This document shows positions 1 through 9,105 of a stretch of 64,000 nt of DNA, piece after piece. The number at the start of each line of letters is the position of its first letter. Position 1 is the first letter of the stretch. A model generated the notes under the pieces. That model had not been told where the DNA came from and made no database searches. It was given only the letters and a program-made list of their open reading frames with translations. The stretch lies in assembly GCF_044324875.1 (NCBI RefSeq), contig NZ_CP172185.1; one strand, 5' to 3'. This DNA comes from Escherichia coli. GTDB lineage: Bacteria; Pseudomonadota; Gammaproteobacteria; Enterobacterales; Enterobacteriaceae. Both the position numbers and the translations under genes were made by a program.

Positions 1-1199
1 CCGTGCTGCCGGTGGCGCTCTGGCATGTGAAGCGGATTGGTTGTGTGTTTATATTCATGTGTGCTGCGCGGATGTTGCGCCACACACTGCCCCTTGTGCC
101 AGAGCTGTACCACCGACTGCCCCGCCTTCAGTGACAGACGCTGACCGACCAGTTCGTGTGGAACGGAGTACCAGTGACGGGCATATTCAACGTGGTAGTC
201 AGGGCCAACCTTCACAGCTTTGTATTCCGTGTATTCATAAGGTGCCAGAGGCAGCGGAGAGAGTGCTGGCGCATCCAGTATGCGGAAGCGTTCTGCACGG
301 GTTTGATTGCCGTACCCCTTCATTGGCCGGTTATTCATGTCTGTCAGTAACTCCCTAAGGCGCGCATTCAGCGCCCTGAGCGTGTGGAAGGTTTCATTAC
401 GGATGCGGGCAAGAAGCCATCGTTCAACGATGAGGACGCCGTTTTCTGCTTTTGGTTTATCTTTAGGTTTGCGTGGTCGGGCCGGGATGATAACCGTGCC
501 ATAGTGCTCAGCCAGTGCCTGATAACTGTCGTTGATGACAGGCTCATATCGATCGGCCTTTTTCACTGCGCTTCTGAGGTTATCGGGGATGAGCAGCTTC
601 GGTACGCCGCCCAGGAAGGTCAGGCAACGGCTGTGGGCATTTAACCATGACATCATGTCCTGACCTTCGCACGCTTCAACGTAGGTATAGTTGGACGCCC
701 CCATTACGGCCACGAAGATTGCCACGCGGCGTATCTCACCGGTGTCCGGATTAATAACAGGAACCGTAGGACCACAGAAGTCGATAAAAAGCTTTTCGCC
801 GGCACGATGCTCCTGGCGCATGGAGAGACGTCGCGTTTTTTTCCACTCCCGGTAGCAACGGCAGAAGTGCGAGTATCCCATCGCTTTGTTACCCGCCTGT
901 GCCTTGTATTCCATCCACAACAGTTGCCGCGTCACACCTGGTTTTCTCATTTCCGTATCGAAGTACAACATGTCAGGCATTACAAGCTCTGATGCAAAGG
1001 TGTCTTTGGGCGGAAAAATGAGTTTCTCCAGCGTGTCATGGGATATATCAGCAGGTAATGGCCATGACAGAGAAGAGGCTTTGAAGCGGGCAAGAACCTC
1101 AAAAACGGTTGAGGCGCTGATGTGTAACGTCAGTCCGATACAACGGTTAGTCAGCTTCTTGTCGAACTTGAGCTGAAGGATCTTAAAACAGGTTTCCAT
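1..1199 (-). CDS. istA: IS21-family transposase IstA, C-terminus beyond window edge
   Basis: Minus-strand ATG at 1197-1199 (METCFKILQL...), HTH-like N-terminus, ...MGYSHFCRCYREWKK... and ...PRKPKDKPKAENGV... resembling the IstA DDE region; frame open to position 1. Not in the supplied ORF track because no stop lies in the window. Confidence 0.75.
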   Translation of the reverse strand, partial: METCFKILQLKFDKKLTNRCIGLTLHISASTVFEVLARFKASSLSWPLPADISHDTLEKLIFPPKDTFASELVMPDMLYFDTEMRKPGVTRQLLWMEYKAQAGNKAMGYSHFCRCYREWKKTRRLSMRQEHRAGEKLFIDFCGPTVPVINPDTGEIRRVAIFVAVMGASNYTYVEACEGQDMMSWLNAHSRCLTFLGGVPKLLIPDNLRSAVKKADRYEPVINDSYQALAEHYGTVIIPARPRKPKDKPKAENGVLIVERWLLARIRNETFHTLRALNARLRELLTDMNNRPMKGYGNQTRAERFRILDAPALSPLPLAPYEYTEYKAVKVGPDYHVEYARHWYSVPHELVGQRLSLKAGQSVVQLWHKGQCVAQHPRSTHEYKHTTNPLHMPERHRQH

Positions 1200-1310
1200 A
1201 GTGCTCCTGGATTTTCTCTTTCTGGACATTGACGTCTCCACTGGTTTAAACACGGCAATGGAGACTGTGGTGAAAAGAGTTAATTCCCGGAGTGACTGGC
1301 AGGATGCCAA

Positions 1311-1431
1311 TCAATGATCGGAAGCATGCCAAATCGTGATCGATTGTGATGCCAAACTGTGATCGGAGATGGATGCCAAATCATGATCGATTCGAATGCC
1401 AAACTGCGATCGATTCAGATGCCATTTTGCA
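1311..1431. repeat. IS21-type terminal multiple direct repeats (about 22-bp period)
   Basis: Units atgccaatcaatgatcgga / catgccaaatcgtgatcga / gatgccaaactgtgatcgg / gatgccaaatcatgatcga / aatgccaaactgcgatcga / gatgccattttgca read directly. Confidence 0.7.
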
Positions 1432-1569
1432 GTTCCCCGTTCTTTACATTCAGGCACTTCCGTTTCCTTTAACGTTTTCGTTACTCTCTGAAGCTTGTGG
1501 TATCTGTGATGGCTGATTCCTGCCGTCATACTGCGAAATTCCGGATATCAGACCGTGGAGGATTCTGCC

Positions 1570-2142
1570 ATGCAACGCTGGTTTCTGCCTTTTCTTTCGA
1601 CTCTGTTGCTGTTACAGGGTTGTGTTGCCGCTGCGCTGGTCGGTACGGCTGCTGTGGGTACTAAAGTGTCAGTGGACCCCCGAAGTGCTGGAACGCAGAT
1701 TGATGATGAAATTCTGGAAGCAAGGGTCAGCCGTGTGCTGTCGAAGGACTCACAACTCAGGGGGGATGCGCGAATCATCGTCACAGCATACCAGGGCACT
1801 GTACTGCTGACAGGGCAGGTACCAGACCGTAGTGAAGGTGAAAAAGCCCGTCAGATTGCAGATGGTGTTGAGGGGACTGTGCAGGTATGGAATGAAATAA
1901 GGACGGGAAAACCACTTCGTGCTGATAAAACAGCTACTGATGCGTGGCTGACCACAAAAATCCGGGCACAGTTACTGAAGAGCAGCAGGGTGAAACTGTC
2001 AGATGTTAAGGTACTGACGGAGAATGGTGAAGTCTTTCTTATGGGGAGAGTTACAGAGAAGGAAGGACAGGCTGCAGCTGATATCGCCAGTCGCGTGGCG
2101 GGGGTGAAACACGTCATCACCGCATTCAGTTATATACGCTGA
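1570..2142 (+). CDS. BON-domain lipoprotein, DolP/YraP-like paralogue
   Basis: GGAGG RBS 8 bp before ATG 1570; lipobox LLLQGC; recalled strong similarity to E. coli YraP/DolP (CVAAA.VGTAAVGT..., TENGEVFLMG..., AAADIASRV.GVK). Confidence 0.8.
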   Translation: MQRWFLPFLSTLLLLQGCVAAALVGTAAVGTKVSVDPRSAGTQIDDEILEARVSRVLSKDSQLRGDARIIVTAYQGTVLLTGQVPDRSEGEKARQIADGVEGTVQVWNEIRTGKPLRADKTATDAWLTTKIRAQLLKSSRVKLSDVKVLTENGEVFLMGRVTEKEGQAAADIASRVAGVKHVITAFSYIR

Positions 2143-2147
2143 GTATG

Positions 2148-2170
2148 GAGAGCCCGTTCGTTCGGGCTCT
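2148..2170. terminator. Hairpin between convergent genes (bidirectional terminator candidate)
   Basis: gagagcccg-ttcgtt-cgggctct followed by T-rich tgtattt; lies between the DolP-like (+) and YebF-like (-) genes. Confidence 0.45.
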
Positions 2171-2188
2171 GTATTTAGCTTCATTCGT

Positions 2189-2542
2189 TCATCCCTGGCG
2201 TTGCCAGGTGGCACTTCCGTTCTTACAGTCAACGCTCACACGGTACTGAATATCTGCTTTCTTTCCACGGGCAGTGAGATGCACTGTGATGACATTATCA
2301 CCTTTATTTACCGGCTCACGAAGATTCACCCAGACAACGGGACGCTGCTGACCGAGAATTTCCTGGTCATCTTTCCACTGAAACACCTGTTTCTGGAGAT
2401 AGTCCCGTTTGACGCTGGCTGCAACAGCTGATGCTTCCTGTCCTTCACATCGTGGAAAACTGACGGTTCTGTTTTTTTCAGCGGCCAGTGATGATGCGCA
2501 GATACCGAAGATGAGCAGAATGGAAGAGAGTGCTTTGTTCAT
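2189..2542 (-). CDS. YebF-family small secreted protein (paralogue)
   Basis: Signal peptide; ...VSFPRCEG...ASVKRDY...VSVDCK... pattern recalled from E. coli YebF. Confidence 0.65.
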   Translation of the reverse strand: MNKALSSILLIFGICASSLAAEKNRTVSFPRCEGQEASAVAASVKRDYLQKQVFQWKDDQEILGQQRPVVWVNLREPVNKGDNVITVHLTARGKKADIQYRVSVDCKNGSATWQRQG

Positions 2543-2857
2543 TTACAGGACCTCCACAGGGGATAGTTTCATTGCGGAGTTACATTTTAACAACGTAAAA
2601 CAGCATTTCCCGTAACAATCCTCACATAACGTCTTATCCCGTCACTTCCCGTTTCACATGGACAGAACAGTCTGTTTTTTAACCCGTTTTTTCAGTCATT
2701 TCCATAAACAAATCTTCGCTGACGATAAATCTTTTTTCTGCTTAATGATCGATTTTGTCGATCGATACGATATGTACAATTCATTTTACCAATGAGAAAT
2801 CCGTCTTAAAATTGGACAAATTCATATGTCTGAAGGAAACATCAGGAGAGGTGGATT

Positions 2858-3601
2858 GTGAAAAAGTTACTGGCACTCACTGCGGTAGCTGCGCTTACCG
2901 GTACGTTTTCAACGCTGACGCTGGCAGATGCGGATAAAACCGGTTTCTATATCACGGGTAAGGCTGGTGCATCTGTTATCACTCAGGATAATCAGCGCTT
3001 TAGTCAGGACTTTGGGGATGATGTTTATAAGTATAAAGGCGGTGACAAGAGCGATACGGTTTTTGGTGCTGGCCTTGCGGTGGGATACGACTTTTATCAG
3101 CACTACAATGTCCCTGTACGCACGGAAGTTGAATTCTATGGTCGCGGCTCTGCGAATTCCCGCTATCCACTGGATACATGGGAGTCCCCATTTGGAGATA
3201 GTGGCCGGGAAGACACACAAAACAGGCTCAGCGTGAATACCCTGATGGTGAACACGTATTATGATTTCCGAAACAGCAGTGCTTTCACTCCGTGGGTATC
3301 AGCCGGACTGGGCTATGCGCGGGTACATCATAAGGCAACATACACCGATACCTACTGGAATAAATCAGGCGAAGTAAGTACTTCTGCATTACATTACTCG
3401 GGATATGATAACAATTTCGCATGGAGCCTTGGTGTTGGCGTGAAATATGATGTCACTCCGGATTTCAGTCTTGACCTTGCTTATCGCTATCTTGATGCAG
3501 GTGATTCAACCCTGACGTATAAAGACGGGCAGGATACATATAAATCCTCTGTTGATGTCAGAAGTAACGAATTTACGTTAGGCGCTACATACAGCTTCTG
3601 A
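2858..3601 (+). CDS. tia: Tia/Hek/Hra1-family outer-membrane beta-barrel protein (invasin/adhesin type)
   Basis: Signal peptide, FYITGKAGASV, RTEVEFY, SVNTLMVNTYYDFRNSSAFTPWVSAGLGYARVHHK, NFAWSLGVGVKYDVTPD, LDLAYRYLDAGDS, C-terminal ...TYSF; adjacent to a leoCBA-like operon as in the ETEC tia island (recalled). Confidence 0.6.
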   Translation: MKKLLALTAVAALTGTFSTLTLADADKTGFYITGKAGASVITQDNQRFSQDFGDDVYKYKGGDKSDTVFGAGLAVGYDFYQHYNVPVRTEVEFYGRGSANSRYPLDTWESPFGDSGREDTQNRLSVNTLMVNTYYDFRNSSAFTPWVSAGLGYARVHHKATYTDTYWNKSGEVSTSALHYSGYDNNFAWSLGVGVKYDVTPDFSLDLAYRYLDAGDSTLTYKDGQDTYKSSVDVRSNEFTLGATYSF

Positions 3602-3612
3602 ATGTAATATCT

Positions 3613-3651
3613 GACTACACGTTGTTAAATTCAAAATCGCAGCGTGTAGTC
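3613..3651 (+). terminator. Long-loop hairpin downstream of tia-like gene
   Basis: gactacacg ... cgtgtagtc inverted repeat (9-bp stem, 21-nt loop) followed by tgatttgatagttt. Confidence 0.3.
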
Positions 3652-3687
3652 TGATTTGATAGTTTAATACAACAGACAGGTACCTTC

Positions 3688-3882
3688 ATGGCACTTCCTC
3701 AGCCCCCGGTTACGTTCATTTGTACCAGATGTAAGTGGCGTAAAACCATTGTCCATATGGGATGTACTACTGGATTTTCACATTGTCCTCAATGTGGCAG
3801 TAATTCGGTAAAACGGGAAAATGCTGGTGTTGTTACTTCATTATTTTCCTCCCTTTCATCCGTTTTCATGAAAAAATCCTGA
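3688..3882 (+). CDS. Small zinc-ribbon-like protein (CxxC...CxxC), hypothetical
   Basis: 64-aa ORF with CTRC ... CPQC pairs; directly upstream of the leo-like operon. Confidence 0.3.
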   Translation: MALPQPPVTFICTRCKWRKTIVHMGCTTGFSHCPQCGSNSVKRENAGVVTSLFSSLSSVFMKKS

Positions 3883-3983
3883 CTGCTGTTATTTTTATAT
3901 TGCTGGTACTTTATTAAAATCCGCTAAGGTTTTGTATCAGAAATAATTCTCAGACAGTAATCGTCATTCCATTCCGGGGATTT

Positions 3984-4652
3984 ATGAATACGAAAGAACA
4001 ATTCAACCAGCTTTATGATGATATCAGTAATCAGATACGCCAGACTGTGAATGATATTTCGCAACTGAGTGTTGAGAATGAAAAAGGACAGATACATCTC
4101 AATAAAATACGGGAACAACTACAGGCATTACATGATAACTTCAATCATAAGCTGGATTACCTGAAGGAGCATGCCGAATGGGACAGGTTTACTGTCGCTT
4201 TTTTTGGCGAAACGAATGCTGGTAAAAGTACCATAATTGAGTCGTTGAGAATATTATTTGATGAAACAACCCGTCGTGAATTCCTGAATAATAATCAAAA
4301 AGATTTACAAAAGTCAGAACAGGAGTTAAGTAAAAACCTGGAACAGTTAAGCCATGATTTGGAATGCGTTTATGGTGATATTGTCGATAAATTCCGTGAC
4401 ATTAGTTTGTCTGTCATGCAGTTACGACAAATTGTTGCTGATGAGAGCGCATTACGTATAAAAATGGAAGAAGATGAAAAGAATGCCCGTCTCCTTACAG
4501 AACAGAATGAAAGTCAGGCCCGGCTGAATATTTTACAGCAACAGACGAATACCAAAGCACGTTTCAGATTATTTGTGACGGCAATTATCAGCATGATTGT
4601 GGGAGGATGTGGATTTCTGTTGCTGAATCAAGTATTCGGGAGCTTACAATGA
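3984..4652 (+). CDS. leoC: LeoC-like: P-loop (G1) fragment of a split dynamin-like protein with C-terminal TM segment
   Basis: GETNAGKST Walker A/G1, coiled-coil-like middle, hydrophobic C-terminus; stop TGA overlaps the next ATG (ATGA at 4649-4652). Confidence 0.55.
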   Translation: MNTKEQFNQLYDDISNQIRQTVNDISQLSVENEKGQIHLNKIREQLQALHDNFNHKLDYLKEHAEWDRFTVAFFGETNAGKSTIIESLRILFDETTRREFLNNNQKDLQKSEQELSKNLEQLSHDLECVYGDIVDKFRDISLSVMQLRQIVADESALRIKMEEDEKNARLLTEQNESQARLNILQQQTNTKARFRLFVTAIISMIVGGCGFLLLNQVFGSLQ

Positions 4653-6373
4653 GTAATATTCCATGTTCTGCAGATAATAATCCGGAAAAATATCCGGAAA
4701 CTGTCTGTCAGGAATATAATTGCACAGGCGGCGCGGATGATATCAGGTTCTTTTTTAAAAAAAGTCTGGAGCGTACTGTTAGTTCCGTTATCCGGACCGA
4801 AACATTAAGAAATACTGCAAAACGTGTGGATGGCCTGATCATCGGAACCGGTGAGGCTGATTTTACCAAAGACAACACACACTATAATTTACGCATTGAC
4901 GATAAAGATTTTCAGTTGATTGATGTTCCGGGTATTGAAGGTAATGAAACCTGCTACACACATCTTGTTAAAAAAGCCATTGCGCAGGCTCATCTGGTGG
5001 TTTACGTCAACGGTACCAATAAAAAGCCTGAAACAAGCACCGCAAAGAAGATCAAATCTTATCTGGAATATGGCACTCAGGTTTATCCGTTGATCAATGT
5101 ACGCGGTTATTCTGATGACTATGAATTTGAGGAAGATCGTGTCGCTCTCGAACAACAGGGTAGGGGCGGTGAGGCTTTATGCCAGACTGTTGGGGTGCTC
5201 GCTTCCGTATTAGGGGCGGATGTGTTGCTGAATGGGAACTGTGTACAGGGATTACTGGCATTTTCAGCGTTGGCTTATGACGACAATACACACAGAACAA
5301 CCATTCATCCGTTACGTGATCGAAATCTGGCGGTATATCAACGTGGTTTTTTTAATGTATTTCCTTCCCGTCAGGAAATGCTGACATTCAGCCAGATTGA
5401 TGCCGTCGCTCAGACAATTAAAAATAAGGTCGCAACGTTCCGTGAGGATATTATCGAAAGTAATAAATATAAAGTTCGTGAGACTCTGGATCAATACTTA
5501 CAGGTACTTGAAGAGCAATTAAACAGCCATCACTGCTTTTTACAAAAGACAATACCGGAATTTGAAAAATGCCGGACTGCGTTCAAAAATGCGACTGGTG
5601 AATTTGAACGCCGTATTGCGAACAGTCGTCGCAATCGCTGGAATAGCCTTTTTAATGACCTAGGGAATGCCTGTGATGGTATTGTCGAACATAATTTTGG
5701 TGACAGCAGTGCTATTTCCACACTGATACGTAATGAGTATGAAAAGCGCCGTAAAATGATGGAACAAATGATGCAGGAGGATACTGAAGAGAGTGTAAAG
5801 GTATTACAAGAGCAAACTCTTCAGGCGGTAAATCGTTTGCTGGAAGATATTCACAATGTGGAACTTCAACACCCCCTCAGTTTTGCTAACAGCCGCAGCA
5901 TCGAGTTTAGTGGAGAGATGGTACCTGGTTACGAGCTGGGGATGGCTGATTTCAGTTCAATGGTTTTAAAAATTGGCAGCTATGCAATGTCAGGCAGTGC
6001 AATTGGCAGCATCTTTCCCGTTATTGGTACGCTTGTTGGCTCTGCGGTTGGTGCGTTGCTTGGCATAATAATGACTATTGCGGGTATTTTTACCAGTAAA
6101 GCGTCAAAAATCCGCAAAGCACAAGGAAAAATACGCAACAAGCTGGAGGAAGTGCGGGATAAATCTCTCTGCAGCATACCTGATGAAACCCGCCTCCTGG
6201 TTGCAGCTATTGAAAAAGAACTTGAGTGTGGCCTGCTGCAAAAACTCAACGATATGCAGGTGGATCTGCAACAGCCTGTTGCCATATTCGAAACTCAAAT
6301 CAGTCGAATCACAACATTAAAGAAACAATTGGAGAAAATGCCTTATGGAACAATTCAAACAGTTCAGTATTGA
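4649..6373 (+). CDS. leoB: LeoB-like: remainder of the split dynamin-like protein
   Basis: Translationally coupled to the upstream gene; DVPGI (G3-like) motif; long helical regions and hydrophobic stretch near C-terminus. Confidence 0.55.
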   Translation: MSNIPCSADNNPEKYPETVCQEYNCTGGADDIRFFFKKSLERTVSSVIRTETLRNTAKRVDGLIIGTGEADFTKDNTHYNLRIDDKDFQLIDVPGIEGNETCYTHLVKKAIAQAHLVVYVNGTNKKPETSTAKKIKSYLEYGTQVYPLINVRGYSDDYEFEEDRVALEQQGRGGEALCQTVGVLASVLGADVLLNGNCVQGLLAFSALAYDDNTHRTTIHPLRDRNLAVYQRGFFNVFPSRQEMLTFSQIDAVAQTIKNKVATFREDIIESNKYKVRETLDQYLQVLEEQLNSHHCFLQKTIPEFEKCRTAFKNATGEFERRIANSRRNRWNSLFNDLGNACDGIVEHNFGDSSAISTLIRNEYEKRRKMMEQMMQEDTEESVKVLQEQTLQAVNRLLEDIHNVELQHPLSFANSRSIEFSGEMVPGYELGMADFSSMVLKIGSYAMSGSAIGSIFPVIGTLVGSAVGALLGIIMTIAGIFTSKASKIRKAQGKIRNKLEEVRDKSLCSIPDETRLLVAAIEKELECGLLQKLNDMQVDLQQPVAIFETQISRITTLKKQLEKMPYGTIQTVQY

Positions 6374-8078
6374 AAAACTGGCTGCGATTAATTCGCTATC
6401 ACAGTTGCGCGGAATGTTAGAAATGTTGGGAGATTTGGGGATAGACATCAGTGACGATTTACAAAAAATTACTTATGCAATTAATTCCATCGAATCTGAT
6501 GTTCTGCGTATTGCTTTGTTGGGGGCGTTTTCTGATGGCAAAACCAGCGTTATCGCTGCATGGATGGGTAAGATAATGGATGATATGAATATTTCCATGG
6601 ATGAGTCCTCTGATCGGTTGAGTATTTACAAACCGGAAGGTCTGCCAGACCAGTGTGAAATTGTTGATACACCCGGGCTGTTTGGTGATAAAGAGCGTGA
6701 GGTGGACGGGAAACAGGTGATGTATGAAGACCTGACCAAACGCTATATATCTGAAGCTCATCTGATTTTATACGTGGTTGATGCCACTAACCCGCTAAAG
6801 GAGAGCCACAACGACATCGTAAAATGGGTATTGCGCGATTTGAATAAACTCTCTTCAACCATTTTTGTTATCAATAAAATGGATGAAGTGACTGATCTGA
6901 CAGAGCAGGCGCTGTTTGACGAGCAGGCAGCAATTAAAAAGGCGAATCTTAAAGGTAAATTGCAGCGTGCAGCTGCTCTTACCGCTCAGGAGTGTGATCA
7001 GCTAAATATCGTCTGCATTGCTTCAAACCCAAACGGTCGTGGCTTAACGTACTGGTTTGATAAACCAGAACATTATGAAAGTCGTTCGCGCATTAACGAT
7101 CTTAAAAATGCTGCCACCGACATACTGAAAACTAATGTGCCAGAGGTATTGTTAGCGAAAACAGGTATGGACGTGGTGAAAGATATTGTCATTCAGCGTG
7201 CCACCCAGGCAAGCAGACAGTTCGATGAACTGAATCTGTTTGTTGAGAAGAATGACGAGGACATGTGTCGTTTTCAGAACGACATTAAGCAAAGTCGCAT
7301 TGAGGTTAAACGGCTGGCCGGAGAGTTATTTGAAGAGCTGAACCTGATGGAAAAAAAGCTGATGAGTCAACTGCGTTCACTCGATCTGGACGATATCCGC
7401 CCGTTTATGGACGATGAGCTGGGATATACAGAAGATGGGGTTGGCTTTAAGCTTCATCTGCGCATTGAGCAGTCAGTTCATCGTTTTTTCGAACAGTCGA
7501 AAGCGGTCTCGCAACGCTTATCTGATGATATCACTTGTCAGTTGAGCTCCAGCGAGAGCTTTCTAAGTGGCTTAGGCGAAGGCGCATTTCGTTCTTTAGG
7601 CGGGACCTTTAAGGGAGTGTCGAAAATTAGTCCGGCGACGCTCAAAACGACTATTTTGACCGCACGCGATACGATTGGCAAACTAACGGGATATACCTAT
7701 AAATTTAAACCCTGGGAGGCCACGAAACTGGCCGGAAGCATTTCCAAATGGGCTGGTCCTGTGGGTGCAGTGTTTACGATTGGTTCTGATCTATGGGATG
7801 CCTATAAAGCACACGAGCGGGAGCAGGAGCTGAAAAAAGTAAAAGAATCGCTGGCGAAAATCATTAAAGAGCAGTTTGAATATATCTATGACGTACTGAG
7901 TTCTGATGAGAAAATATTCGCCTTTTTTGCACCGCAGATCCAAAAAATGGAGCAGGTTGTTACTGAGCTGGCAGAGAAAAGCCAGGCTATTCGCGACAAC
8001 CGGCAGAAACTGAGCATTATTCAGACGCAGCTTGCACAACTAATGGTTCCAGCCACAGAAAACCATACTGTCAGATAG
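6345..8078 (+). CDS. leoA: Bacterial dynamin-like GTPase, LeoA-like
   Basis: G1 GAFSDGKTS, G3 DTPGL, G4 NKMD in order; 577 aa; overlaps the end of the upstream gene (operon). Confidence 0.75.
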   Translation: MEQFKQFSIEKLAAINSLSQLRGMLEMLGDLGIDISDDLQKITYAINSIESDVLRIALLGAFSDGKTSVIAAWMGKIMDDMNISMDESSDRLSIYKPEGLPDQCEIVDTPGLFGDKEREVDGKQVMYEDLTKRYISEAHLILYVVDATNPLKESHNDIVKWVLRDLNKLSSTIFVINKMDEVTDLTEQALFDEQAAIKKANLKGKLQRAAALTAQECDQLNIVCIASNPNGRGLTYWFDKPEHYESRSRINDLKNAATDILKTNVPEVLLAKTGMDVVKDIVIQRATQASRQFDELNLFVEKNDEDMCRFQNDIKQSRIEVKRLAGELFEELNLMEKKLMSQLRSLDLDDIRPFMDDELGYTEDGVGFKLHLRIEQSVHRFFEQSKAVSQRLSDDITCQLSSSESFLSGLGEGAFRSLGGTFKGVSKISPATLKTTILTARDTIGKLTGYTYKFKPWEATKLAGSISKWAGPVGAVFTIGSDLWDAYKAHEREQELKKVKESLAKIIKEQFEYIYDVLSSDEKIFAFFAPQIQKMEQVVTELAEKSQAIRDNRQKLSIIQTQLAQLMVPATENHTVR

Positions 8079-8190
8079 ATGCATAATGCAGTTCCGTACA
8101 TCCGAATTTGAATAACGAATACTCTTTCAGAACTATCTGGATTGAAAGGATGCCTTCTGCTAATCATCGGAAATATGGCTTACTTAAGAC

Positions 8191-8400
8191 ATGAGGGATA
8201 AATCAGTGAGATTATTGTTAAAGGGACTGACTGGAATGGTTATGGCCTGGTTGGTGATCTATTTTGGTATGAAATTATTTTTTCTCACAGATCAGATTCA
8301 TCCGGCATTAAGAACTCTTGTCATGCTGGGGATGTTATTTATGTTGATAATGATTCCCTGTGTAATATGTGGTTCTTTTTTACGAAAGAGGCAGAAATGA
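8191..8400 (+). CDS. Small membrane protein (two predicted TM helices), hypothetical
   Basis: 69-aa ORF, hydrophobic segments, basic C-terminus. Confidence 0.3.
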   Translation: MRDKSVRLLLKGLTGMVMAWLVIYFGMKLFFLTDQIHPALRTLVMLGMLFMLIMIPCVICGSFLRKRQK

Positions 8401-8485
8401 TAATTCGTCCTGTAATAATGACGAATCAACAAGAAAAATTGATGCATAAGAATGATACATATACTTATCTGTATTAAAGGATGAT

Positions 8486-8971
8486 TTGATGAACATAAAA
8501 AATATTTTTCTGTTTCTTTTTTTTAGTTTATTAGCAGGTAATGCCTTTGCTGCTGCAACAGTGATGGGGTATTGTGAACTGAAGAATGGAAAAACGCTTT
8601 CTGTATGGGCTGGTGATAATGGAAGTTATAATTATACTTTATATGGCAAAAGTGGGACGACAGAGTTACAGCTAAAAGAAGGATTGTTTGGCGTCAGAGC
8701 TTTTCACTATTATCATTCCATACGTGATGGAGTGGGAGCGTTCAAGTACCTCCGGTTTAATAAAGGTGAATATGATTATGTTGTCATGTCGTATGAGGAT
8801 GGTCGTTCCCCCTATTTTGATGGTGTGATAGTATTCAGAAATGGAAACCGAATTGCTCGTCTCGAATGTGCCCATCCATTTACAGGAGCATTTTCTGTTG
8901 AAGAACTGGATGCAGGACATAATCAGGACAGTGAAGATATGGCTGAATATATTATGAGTAATTTTACCTGA
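8486..8971 (+). CDS. Secreted protein of unknown function
   Basis: N-terminal signal peptide (FLFLFFSLLAGNAFAAA); no recognised motif. Confidence 0.5.
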   Translation: MMNIKNIFLFLFFSLLAGNAFAAATVMGYCELKNGKTLSVWAGDNGSYNYTLYGKSGTTELQLKEGLFGVRAFHYYHSIRDGVGAFKYLRFNKGEYDYVVMSYEDGRSPYFDGVIVFRNGNRIARLECAHPFTGAFSVEELDAGHNQDSEDMAEYIMSNFT

Positions 8972-9105
8972 ATATAATAAATTTAAATATATCAGAATAT
9001 TTTCTGACGATATTGCAATGAAAACTGAATATAATTTTCAGTGGATGAGAAAAACGGACTGATGAAATTATGGTTCTCAGTCCGTTTCATCATAAACTTT
9101 ATCAA

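Larger units (their letters stand above)
1..1431 (-). mobile_element. IS21-family insertion sequence, partial (runs off the window start; istB and the far end are outside the window)
   Basis: istA-like ORF reads leftwards from 1199 with no stop before position 1; 5-6 direct repeats of about 22 bp (GATGCCAAAnnGTGATCGA) at 1311-1431 ending ...TTTTGCA, like the multi-repeat termini of IS21-family elements. Confidence 0.7.

Noticed and set aside
41-1176. Plus-strand ORFs in the first 1.2 kb (41-358, 384-644, 886-1176 and others)
   Set aside because: Antisense to the continuous IstA-like reading frame on the minus strand, which has recognisable transposase motifs.
2735-2770. Solo IS21-like end upstream of the tia-like gene
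   Set aside because: A short palindrome (atcgattttgtcgat within gatcga-rich sequence) resembles the GTGATCGA motif of the IS21 terminal repeats, but it is a single short match without an array or a terminus, so chance similarity or a promoter palindrome is equally likely.
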